From Candidatus Hermodarchaeota archaeon (GTDB lineage Archaea > Asgardarchaeota > Heimdallarchaeia > Hodarchaeales > Hodarchaeaceae): a DNA stretch of 32,000 bases. The notes below the pieces were generated by a model, which had not been told where the DNA came from, searched no databases, and saw only the letters and a program-made list of their open reading frames with translations. Positions 9,343-17,540 of this stretch are shown here, piece by piece (the stretch's first letter is position 1; each line of letters opens with the position of its first letter). The DNA is taken from contig JBHLKY010000017.1 of the NCBI GenBank assembly GCA_048886185.1, positions 85,837 to 117,836 on the forward strand, given 5' to 3'. Position numbers and translations under genes: made by a program.

Positions 9343-9984
9343 TTATTCGAGTATATCTAATAATTTAACTAAATTCGGAATTACTATATCAGCGTTTTTT
9401 GTTAAATTCTCAGGTATTTTGTAGTCTTTTCTCCAAACAAGAACTGGGATGACACCTGCAGCTTGAGCAGATAATAAATCATTAAGCGAATCTCCAATGA
9501 ATAAAACCTTTTTCAGCTCTGAGCTTAGATTTAATTTACTTAACGCAAAATTGATTGGATCAGGAAATGGTTTCCCTCTCTCAGTAAGATCTGCTCCAAT
9601 TATTTCAGTAAAAAAATGTTTAATTTTATTTTGCTCTAATATTTGACGTGCTTCTTCCGTTTTTGCTCCAGTGACAATACAAAGAGGAATAGATTTGTTT
9701 TTCATCCACTCAAGAACAATTAAAACATCTTCAAATAATGGGAGATACATATTTTCTAGATATAGATCAAAAGCTGCTTCATACTCTTGATGGAATTCTG
9801 TCGGAATACCCATATTTTGAGGTATTACTTCCGCAGGTTGACCCATTAATCTTATAAGTTTATTTTCATCCCATTCAATGAAAGGACATATTTTCTCATG
9901 AGCTATTTTCCATGCTTGAATGATAATTGGTTCACTATCAATAATAGTGCCATCCAAATCGAACAAAATAGCTATAGGAATCAA
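9343..9984 (-). CDS. HAD-superfamily hydrolase (PGPase/PpaX-like)
   Basis: FDLDGTIIDS, VTG, GKPFPDP, IGDSLND motifs I-IV. Confidence 0.92.
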   Translation of the reverse strand: MIPIAILFDLDGTIIDSEPIIIQAWKIAHEKICPFIEWDENKLIRLMGQPAEVIPQNMGIPTEFHQEYEAAFDLYLENMYLPLFEDVLIVLEWMKNKSIPLCIVTGAKTEEARQILEQNKIKHFFTEIIGADLTERGKPFPDPINFALSKLNLSSELKKVLFIGDSLNDLLSAQAAGVIPVLVWRKDYKIPENLTKNADIVIPNLVKLLDILE

Positions 9985-10144
9985 ACTATCATTCCATTCC
10001 TAAAATTAATTAAGTTAGAACCCTTAATCAATGATTCTTCTTAAATTCCCTGTCGAAATAGGAATTTACAATTTAGATTAGAGATTAATCGTATCTTTAT
10101 GATGTATTTTTAAAAGATTGAGGATTAGATAACAAAAATAGAAA

Positions 10145-10249
10145 ATGGAAAAAGAGAAATCTCAAGCAGATATTATAAAAGTTGATAATAGAATCTTTAT
10201 AGGAATCTTAGTCATAATTTTCGATGCAATTGTTTATTATGTGCTTTAG
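10145..10249 (+). other. Possible 34-aa single-TM small ORF or 3' gene remnant
   Basis: MEKEKSQADIIKVDNRIFIGILVIIFDAIVYYVL*; last ~13 codons homologous to the end of the 12216-12428 remnant. Confidence 0.3.
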
Positions 10250-10265
10250 GAGGGGGCAAAGACGA

Positions 10266-11837
10266 TTAGCGATGATTTTTTTTCTTAATAATCATCATTA
10301 TACCAAAAAAAATGCATAAAATAACAATTTGGGGGTAATTTGTAGTTGTAGATCTTGTCATTATTGAAGTAGTTGTTGAGGTAGTTGATGGTGGATTTGT
10401 TGATGAAACAGTGCTAACCTTCGATGTTTCAGGAGTTGTTGATGAAACTGTGCTAACCTTCGATGTTTCAGAAGTTGTTGTTATGGAATCCTGAAGAATT
10501 CCCCGTGCATAAAAAATATCCATTTCATTGTAACGACCATCAGACCAAACGACATGAGGTACATTTTCTGAATCAAATCGAATGGCCATATATTCTCCTG
10601 GACGGGTAAACACTGACGATGTGGGCGAACTTGCGATAGCGAGAGGGTCAGAAAAAATTGGTAAACCAGTTAGATTATCTGCAAATTCAACCATTCGATA
10701 ATAGGGCTTAAAGAATTCTTCTCCAGCCTCTTCTTTCATGTCATAATAGATGATGTGACACCTCCCAAGGGAATCAATTGTCATTTCAGGGTTCCATTGG
10801 TCAAGTGCTCCTTCTGGATTTACTTGATAGCGTGGACTCCAGTTTTGCCCATAATCATCTGAATATTTTATATAACAGTCCCATGCTGCGCCAATTTCAT
10901 ATATTTCAGCCCATAATACGTAAAGACGGTCGTTTTGGTCAAAGCGAATAACTGGTAATGTAACTCTGTACGGAATATTAGCTGTAGCGTTTTCACTTTC
11001 AGAATTGATATCTATAAAGTCAGAAAATGTCACTCCCTGATCAGAAGACTTGACGAGATATACATCCCCCCAATTCCCATCTGTAAAGAATAACCAAGCA
11101 ACATACACATTATTGTTGCTATCACATGCCACATAAGGCGCTATATGATCATCTGGGAAATTAACACTATCAGCTATTATATTCACTTCATCGTAACTCA
11201 CTCCACCATCTGTTGAGCGAGTTAAACGAACAAACACTTCATAATTATCATCTGTAAGATTTAAGTCATCATACACAACATAAATGGTACCATCGCTACT
11301 AACTGTCATAGTTTCCTTATCTGCAACTCCAATACCATCACTAGCTTTAACAGGTATCCATGTTTGTCCATAATCTAAACTTCTAGCTACAGTTATCTGG
11401 GATAAAATCGTATTATTAGGAAGGTAATTCATACTGTACTCTAAATAAGCATAATAGAGTGTTTCCGAGGATTCATCCCAGACCATCCAAGGATCACTTT
11501 GCCCCGTGTTTAGCCCTTCAAAGTTAGGCATATAGAATGGAGGAGTCCATGAAAATCCACCATCCACTGATTTAGAAAAGCTTACTCGTACACCACCGCC
11601 ATCATGTGAGAAAGCATCCTTCCATCCAGCAAAAATAGTTCCATTTGCAGAAATGGCAAGAGTTGGTTCTACATGATGTGTGTAGGGAATATCTGTGATA
11701 GAGAGAATTTTATGCCTCGAAAAACTTTCTACCTGGAATGATTCGTTCATAAGTTTTCCCATAAGCTCAAGAAAGTTGAAGCTACTAAGAATCAAGAAGA
11801 AGAAGAAGAAGAAGGGTAATAAATTCGTTTTCTTCAT
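10266..11837 (-). CDS. Asp-box/BNR beta-propeller (sialidase-like fold) surface protein, paralog A
   Basis: Signal peptide; five Asp boxes SVDGGFSW, SLDYGQTW, STDGGVSY, SSDQGVTF, SDDYGQNW; S/T stalk; YPQI+TM+KKKNHR. Confidence 0.85.
   Translation of the reverse strand: MKKTNLLPFFFFFFLILSSFNFLELMGKLMNESFQVESFSRHKILSITDIPYTHHVEPTLAISANGTIFAGWKDAFSHDGGGVRVSFSKSVDGGFSWTPPFYMPNFEGLNTGQSDPWMVWDESSETLYYAYLEYSMNYLPNNTILSQITVARSLDYGQTWIPVKASDGIGVADKETMTVSSDGTIYVVYDDLNLTDDNYEVFVRLTRSTDGGVSYDEVNIIADSVNFPDDHIAPYVACDSNNNVYVAWLFFTDGNWGDVYLVKSSDQGVTFSDFIDINSESENATANIPYRVTLPVIRFDQNDRLYVLWAEIYEIGAAWDCYIKYSDDYGQNWSPRYQVNPEGALDQWNPEMTIDSLGRCHIIYYDMKEEAGEEFFKPYYRMVEFADNLTGLPIFSDPLAIASSPTSSVFTRPGEYMAIRFDSENVPHVVWSDGRYNEMDIFYARGILQDSITTTSETSKVSTVSSTTPETSKVSTVSSTNPPSTTSTTTSIMTRSTTTNYPQIVILCIFFGIMMIIKKKNHR
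10399..10476. repeat. 39-bp tandem repeat (2 copies) in the S/T stalk of paralog A
   Basis: GTTGATGAAACAGTGCTAACCTTCGATGTTTCAGGAGTT and GTTGATGAAACTGTGCTAACCTTCGATGTTTCAGAAGTT; paralog B has one unit. Confidence 0.9.
11794..11814. repeat. (AAG)7 microsatellite encoding poly-Phe in the signal peptide of paralog A
   Basis: Perfect AAG x7; protein PFFFFFFL versus PLFLFL in paralog B. Confidence 0.9.
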
Positions 11838-11974
11838 TATTCACAACCAATGAATTGTTTTTTTACAGAGGTTCATATATTAGTTTAGATTAATGCACTA
11901 AAAGTAATTTCAAACTGTACATAGACTCTATCAATATCACAATGGTTTTATTATGTGCTAGTTTCTGAATACCA

Positions 11975-12218
11975 ATGAAAACAACAGATCACAGTCTTGA
12001 AAATGAGTTAGAAAAAGTAATTAAATGTCTTTTTACGCTTTTTAATAGCAAAGAAGTGAATAATTACCAAGCACTATTCTATCAAAATGCTTCCTTTGTA
12101 AATATTGACAATAACAACGAATTAATAATGCGAATGCTTGATGAATTCAGTAAATCAACCATTGAAACAATAAAAGAACATAATATTGACGCTGATTAGT
12201 CTTAAACAACATTAATTC
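11975..12218 (+). pseudogene. NTF2/SnoaL-like gene, copy 1: frameshifted and 3'-truncated
   Basis: GACGCTGATTAGTC versus GACGTTAGATTAGTC in copy 2 (1-nt deletion giving TAG at 12197-12199); homology stops at 12218. Confidence 0.75.
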
Positions 12219-12428
12219 TGGGTCTGTTCTAGAGCCAGTAGCAACGATATCCTCAATACCCACTGGAGGGACAGTTCCTTCTTAATATTTGCATTGGGTA
12301 TCCTTTTTACAGTTATTTGTCAACTTAATTTTTATCATCGTGTGTCTATAGTTAGTATCAAGCTTTACGTTTTAATCGCGATATGGTTAGTCATAATCTT
12401 GGGTACAATTGTTTATTATGTGCTTTAG
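12216..12428 (+). pseudogene. Start-less 3' remnant of a membrane protein gene
   Basis: Open frame FWVCSRASSNDILNTHWRDSSFLIFALGILFTVICQLNFYHRVSIVSIKLYVLIAIWLVIILGTIVYYVL*, two TM segments, begins at the duplication junction. Confidence 0.55.
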
Positions 12429-14370
12429 GAGGGGACAGAGACGATTAGCGATGATTTTTTTTCCTAATAATTGTCATTATTCCAATAAAAATGCATAAAA
12501 TACCAATTTGGGGGTAATTTGCAGTTGTAGATCTTGTCATTAATAAAGTAGTTATTGAGGTAGTTGATGGTGGAGTCGTTGATGAAACTATGCTAACCTT
12601 CGATGTTTCAGGAGTTGTTGTTATGGAATCCTCAAGAATTCCCCGTGCATAATAAATGTCCATTTCATTGTAACGACCATCAGACCAAACGACATGAGGA
12701 ATATTCTCTGAATCAAATCGAATGGCCATATATTCTCCTGGACGAGTGAACACTGACGATGTGGGCGAACTTGCGATAGCGAGAGGGGCAGAAAAAATTG
12801 GTGAACCAGTTAGATTATCTGCAAACTCAACCATTCGATAATAGGGTTTAAAGAATTCTTCTCCAGCCTCTTCTTTCATGTCATAATAGACAATGTGACA
12901 CCTCCCAAGGGAATCTATTGTCATTTCAGGGTGCCATTGGTCAAGCGCTCCCTCTGGATTTACTTGATAACGTGGACTCCAAGTTTGCCCATAATCATCT
13001 GAATATTTTATATAACAGTCCCATGCTGCGCCAATTTCATATTTCTCAGCCCAGAGAACATAAAGACGGTCGTTTTGGTCAAAGCGAATAACAGGCAATG
13101 TAGCTCTAGATGGACCACTAAGATTAGCTGTAGCGTTTTCACTTTCAGAATTGATATCTATAAAGTCAGAAAATGTCACTCCCTGATCAGAAGACTTGAC
13201 GAGATATATATCTCCCCAATTTCTATCTGTAAAGAATAACCAAGCAACATACACATTATTGTTGCTATCACACGCCACATAAGGCGCCATATGATCATCT
13301 GGTACAGTGACACTATCGGCTATTACACTCACTTCTTCGTAGCTTACCCCACCATCTGTTGAGCGAGTTAAACGAACAAACACTTCATAATTAACATCTG
13401 TAAAATTAAAGTCATCATATACAACATAAATGGTACCATCGCTACTAACTGTCATAGTTTCCTTATCTGCCAACCCAACACCATTAGTAGCCTTAACAGG
13501 GGTCCATGTTTGTCCATAATCTAAACTTCTAGCTGCTGTTATTTGGGATAACCCGGTATAGTTTTGAAAATAATCGAGCTCATATTCCAGATAGGCATAG
13601 TAAAGTGTTTCTGAGCATTCATCCCAAACTATCCAAGGATCACTTTGTCCAGTGTTCAGGCCTTCAAAGTTTGGCATATAGAATGGAGGAGTCCAAGAAT
13701 ACCCTCCATCCACTGATTTGGAAAAGCTTACTCGTACACCAGCGCTATCATGAGAGAAGGCATCCTTCCATCCAGCAAAAATAGTTCCATTAGCAGAAAT
13801 TACGAGGGTAGGCTCTACATGATGAGGGTAGGGAGAATCAGCAATTGAGAGAAGCAAATTTTCAGAGAAAGATTCTACATTGAATGAATCATCCAAAAGT
13901 ACTCCACTAGGTTGGGAGGTAGTTAAGCTAGTTAAAATCAAGAACAAAAATAAGGGGATTATTTTCGTTTTCCTCATTATTCAACACTAATGAAGATTAT
14001 AAGGTGAAAATTTTAACACAGAGTTGTTTATATCAGTTTGGACTAATGCAATCTTAATGACTTTAATCGCTACAAAAACTCTACAAGCATCATAATTGTT
14101 TTATGTGTGGGATTTTCTAAAGACCCTGAAAACAACAGATCAACACCGTAAAAGTGAGATAAAACAGATAATTGAAAGTCTTTCTAACCTCTTTAATAGC
14201 AGAGAAGTGAATAATTACCAAGCACTATTCCATCTGAAAGCTTCTTTTGTTAAAACTGGCAATAATAACTAATTAATAATGCGAATGCTTGACGAATTCA
14301 TTAAATCAACAATTGAAACAATAAGAGAACATAACATTGACGTTAGATTAGTCTTAAACAACATTAATTC
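12387..14370. repeat. Tandem segmental duplication, copy 2 (~2.0 kb)
   Basis: Direct repeat of 10208-12218. Confidence 0.92.
12445..13977 (-). CDS. Asp-box/BNR beta-propeller (sialidase-like fold) surface protein, paralog B
   Basis: Same architecture as 10266-11837 with long identical stretches; YPQI+TM+RKKNHR tail. Confidence 0.85.
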   Translation of the reverse strand: MRKTKIIPLFLFLILTSLTTSQPSGVLLDDSFNVESFSENLLLSIADSPYPHHVEPTLVISANGTIFAGWKDAFSHDSAGVRVSFSKSVDGGYSWTPPFYMPNFEGLNTGQSDPWIVWDECSETLYYAYLEYELDYFQNYTGLSQITAARSLDYGQTWTPVKATNGVGLADKETMTVSSDGTIYVVYDDFNFTDVNYEVFVRLTRSTDGGVSYEEVSVIADSVTVPDDHMAPYVACDSNNNVYVAWLFFTDRNWGDIYLVKSSDQGVTFSDFIDINSESENATANLSGPSRATLPVIRFDQNDRLYVLWAEKYEIGAAWDCYIKYSDDYGQTWSPRYQVNPEGALDQWHPEMTIDSLGRCHIVYYDMKEEAGEEFFKPYYRMVEFADNLTGSPIFSAPLAIASSPTSSVFTRPGEYMAIRFDSENIPHVVWSDGRYNEMDIYYARGILEDSITTTPETSKVSIVSSTTPPSTTSITTLLMTRSTTANYPQIGILCIFIGIMTIIRKKNHR

Positions 14371-14539
14371 ATTAAATATATGTGATAAAGTCGTTGCTGC
14401 CGTAGAAATCGATTATTAAATGATTATACCTGAATCAATTGGAACCCATAAGGAATTAATCCACTTAGCCAAAGATCAAGATGATTGGACTATAGTAAGT
14501 TGGACAGATAGGGATTTAGAGAAGGAAAAACCTTCTTAA
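14126..14539 (+). pseudogene. NTF2/SnoaL-like (lumazine-binding-like) gene, copy 2: start lost, two nonsense codons
   Basis: CTG at the position of copy-1 ATG; 138-codon frame with TAA at 14270 (GAA in copy 1) and 14417; ends ...VAAVEIDY*MIIPESIGTHKELIHLAKDQDDWTIVSWTDRDLEKEKPS*. Confidence 0.75.
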
Positions 14540-14608
14540 CCTCATAATGTACAAACTTTAGATGTATCAACTCAATGCTTATTATCAGTCAAATGGATCA
14601 CTATCAAG

Positions 14609-15208
14609 ATGACTCTCAAGAATTATTCAAATATTTTTGAAGCATTAGACAATGAGCGCCGACTAGAATTATATGACTATATTCTAAAGAAAATTTTCAT
14701 TTCTAAGAGTGAATTAGCCAAGAGGTTTGAGCTCAGTAGAGCAAGCTTGAACCACCACCTAAATATCATGTTAAAAGCTGGTTTAATATATGAACGAGGC
14801 CTCATTCTTGATGGACGAAAACAATTTTTTATCATTCCAGCGGTAACGCTCCATCCAAAACAGCTTATTCAACAAAGAGAAGAATATCAAAATCTAGTTA
14901 CGCAATTGGATGAATGGACAAAAAGAAACCTAACCATTGACACTTGGAGAATCCTAAAGAATGAACTTAATAGACAAGACATTCCCAAATCAGTTGTGAC
15001 TGCAGTAGAAATACGTTTATTTCCAACCTTAGGAAAAAAAGCACCAACTACCTTTGAATATTGTTATATCTGTCGTACAGAAGAAGCACGAATATCGTGT
15101 TATACGTGTAAAAACTTAATCTGTCAGACTCACGAACATCAGATTAAACGCGAGGGGGAAGAAAAGATAATATTATGTCCAAATTGCGTGGAAAAGTTCT
15201 TTGGTTAA
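14609..15208 (+). CDS. ArsR-family winged-helix regulator with C-terminal Cys/His zinc finger
   Basis: IFEALDNERRLELY...SKSELAKRFELSRASLNHHLNIMLKAGLI; C-terminal CYIC-x8-CYTC-x4-CQTHEH-x12-CPNC. Confidence 0.82.
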   Translation: MTLKNYSNIFEALDNERRLELYDYILKKIFISKSELAKRFELSRASLNHHLNIMLKAGLIYERGLILDGRKQFFIIPAVTLHPKQLIQQREEYQNLVTQLDEWTKRNLTIDTWRILKNELNRQDIPKSVVTAVEIRLFPTLGKKAPTTFEYCYICRTEEARISCYTCKNLICQTHEHQIKREGEEKIILCPNCVEKFFG

Positions 15209-15230
15209 GATAGGACATCTAGCGGGAAAA

Positions 15231-16175
15231 CTAGTAATCTACAGATAACCACTTTTCAATATATTCATAGGATTCATGGCTTTGAGGGTCGTGGATTAAC
15301 TGATCGTGATCTTTTTGTAAAATGATCCGAGCCACAGGCTGGAAAGGCAAACCGATGGCCAAAGCACTTTCACAATCAACAATGCCATCACAGGGAACAC
15401 CTCCGAAAATAATCTCTTGAAAGGAAAATACTAGAGGGTGTAACGAAACCCCCGCAACAAAATACCAATCGATACCTCTCATATAGGTACTTGGATTTTC
15501 ATTAAGTTGATTAAGAAAGGAGCTACCTGGAGTAATTGATTCTGCTATTAAGGTCTTACTATCGAGTCCGATAAGCCACAAGAGCTGCCGAATTAAAGGG
15601 TGATTCAACATCACTGTTCCAAAATGAGGGGTTCCCAGAGTTATAACCCTCACAACAACGATCCCCACTTGTTCTAATTTCTGACGATAAAGTCGTAACA
15701 TTTCCCTAACAATTAATCCTCCAAGACTATGGGCTACAATACTAATTTGAGTCGCAGAACCATGAGTTCGACAAAGCTGTTCAAAAAAATCACCAGCATA
15801 AGTGGAAATACCTCCTTCAATATTATGAATCTGAGTTTTTGTTATTTGAAGAGCTGAATATTTCTCATAATAATTAAAGAAGAGAGGGGTGATATTTATA
15901 TTAGGAAAGCGATTGAAATAATCAGTACTATTAAGGTACTTAATCATATCATGAAATTGAGAATCATTACCATTATAACCATGCACAAAGTACACAGAAG
16001 ATCCAACTAAATCAGTTCCTGAACCGATAGAAACAGTATAGTACGGAATTTTAGATAGTGAATAAAAAACTGCAAAAAACCACATATTTATAAAGAAAAA
16101 GGGTATGAATACTATTAAATATCTTTTATTTTGAAAAAAAACTTTGAGGAGGAATTTTTTCATTGTTTGCGTCAT
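15231..16175 (-). CDS. Membrane-anchored lipase/esterase (alpha/beta hydrolase, PGAP1-like type)
   Basis: N-terminal TM; FVHGYNG, AHSLGG, TLGTPHFG, DGIV, DHDQL. Confidence 0.85.
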   Translation of the reverse strand: MTQTMKKFLLKVFFQNKRYLIVFIPFFFINMWFFAVFYSLSKIPYYTVSIGSGTDLVGSSVYFVHGYNGNDSQFHDMIKYLNSTDYFNRFPNINITPLFFNYYEKYSALQITKTQIHNIEGGISTYAGDFFEQLCRTHGSATQISIVAHSLGGLIVREMLRLYRQKLEQVGIVVVRVITLGTPHFGTVMLNHPLIRQLLWLIGLDSKTLIAESITPGSSFLNQLNENPSTYMRGIDWYFVAGVSLHPLVFSFQEIIFGGVPCDGIVDCESALAIGLPFQPVARIILQKDHDQLIHDPQSHESYEYIEKWLSVDY

Positions 16176-16411
16176 TTGTGCAAATGATCTCTTATAAATT
16201 TAACCATCGAGGAAGTTCTCTCTTGTGAAAATACTTGATTAGTAGCCTCTAATTAAAAATTATATCTTAAGAAAAACCTCCCGATTTTCAGAAGTAAATA
16301 GCTTCTGAGAAACGCCTCAGAGAAGTGATTTCCTGTTATGGATTCTTCAAGCAATAAGAAATTCTGTTTTTAGTTTAAGTCATCATTATAACCTATTTTT
16401 AATATCAAGAT

Positions 16412-17422
16412 TTAGTTTTTATTCCAAACATATACAGCATAGGTTCTATGTATTTCAAATCCAAGATTTTTATAGAGGTTAAAAGCAATAGTGTTTTTCT
16501 TTGTCACATCTAAGTCAATGGCTTTAGTTTTCGGTTCTTGTTCTAAGAACCATTTCAGGCTTCTTATGAAAAGCTTCTTACCCAATCCCTTACCTTTATA
16601 TTCCTTTTTAAGCGCGAAATCTGGAATATAACCGTTTCCTTGGTTCAATACTGTCATAAAACAAACACCTATAGGTGTATCATCATATCTAAGGATGCTA
16701 GTGTTACTAGGGGTGAACTTACCCCACCGGTGACTTTCTAGGTTTCGCATGAATGATAGACCAGTAGTTTGATTCCTGAAAAAACTGAAAATTTTGTTGT
16801 CTATCGATCCAACGTGAGCATCTGTTATTATGTCGATTCCCACATTCTTTAGGTCTTCATTCCAAGTATCAAAGTGGTATCCATCTGGTAGATCAGGATC
16901 AAACAAAGCATCAACAGTTTCTCGCTGAATACTCATAAAAAATCTATCAAAATGATGGAAATTATAATCCTTCAGAATTTGTTGAAGATTTGTTGAAGGT
17001 TGATACCCCATAATTCGAATGGTACTATATATTGATGATAATTCTTTGAAAACTTTCTCGAAGAGTTTTATTTCTATCATCTTATCGCTAGTTTTTTCTG
17101 AGACAAAAATTCTAGTTATGTACGCCTCATTTTCTAGACTTCGCTCCTTTCTTCCCCCGACAAAACCTAAAGGCGTTGAATTGTCCAAATAAACATAATA
17201 AGTATTATTTTCATCTTTAACATTATTGTAAATTTGATTAAGAGCATCTGATTTCTTAAGTCTATATTTTTCTTCCAAAAAGGAGGCACATTCATCTAGT
17301 AGTTCTTTAACATCATCTAGTTTATCTTCTCTGAGAATAATAATCAATTTAGACACCGAAATTTCATTTCTTAACCAGAAGAAGTAAATTAATGTGGATT
17401 TTATAGTTAATGAAAATGGCAA
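16412..17422 (-). CDS. Tandem GNAT acetyltransferase
   Basis: Two GNAT domains; C-terminal IPDFALKKEYKGKGLGKKL, LDVTKKNTIAFNLYKNLGF; true start may be GTG at 17356. Confidence 0.88.
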   Translation of the reverse strand: MPFSLTIKSTLIYFFWLRNEISVSKLIIILREDKLDDVKELLDECASFLEEKYRLKKSDALNQIYNNVKDENNTYYVYLDNSTPLGFVGGRKERSLENEAYITRIFVSEKTSDKMIEIKLFEKVFKELSSIYSTIRIMGYQPSTNLQQILKDYNFHHFDRFFMSIQRETVDALFDPDLPDGYHFDTWNEDLKNVGIDIITDAHVGSIDNKIFSFFRNQTTGLSFMRNLESHRWGKFTPSNTSILRYDDTPIGVCFMTVLNQGNGYIPDFALKKEYKGKGLGKKLFIRSLKWFLEQEPKTKAIDLDVTKKNTIAFNLYKNLGFEIHRTYAVYVWNKN

Positions 17423-17540
17423 TAGGATTGTAAGAACTGTAAAGTTAAACTGAGATCTTAAATGCGAACTTTATAAATAGAGAATTGGAACGAAAAGAAC
17501 ACAAAAAAGATTCAGTAAATATATTATTAGTTGACGTGTT

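Larger units (their letters stand above)
10208..12218. repeat. Tandem segmental duplication, copy 1 (~2.0 kb)
   Basis: Aligns to 12387-14370 from TTAGTCATAAT to AACATTAATTC; includes the Asp-box gene, its upstream region and the 5' part of the NTF2-like gene. Confidence 0.92.

Noticed and set aside
10208-14370. Integron, IS or prophage call for the duplicated region
   Set aside because: No integrase or transposase, no terminal inverted repeats and no attC-like palindrome are visible; only the short direct repeat is supported.
14126-14539. TAA readthrough or recoding in the NTF2-like copy 2
   Set aside because: Copy 1 has GAA at the first TAA position, the start codon is also lost, and TAA terminates many genes here; ordinary pseudogenisation explains it.
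16289-16325. Short inverted repeats (TCAGAAG-N7-CTTCTGA; CTGAG-N6-CTCAG) between the lipase and GNAT genes
   Set aside because: The stems are too short to distinguish from chance; not called as a terminator or ncRNA.
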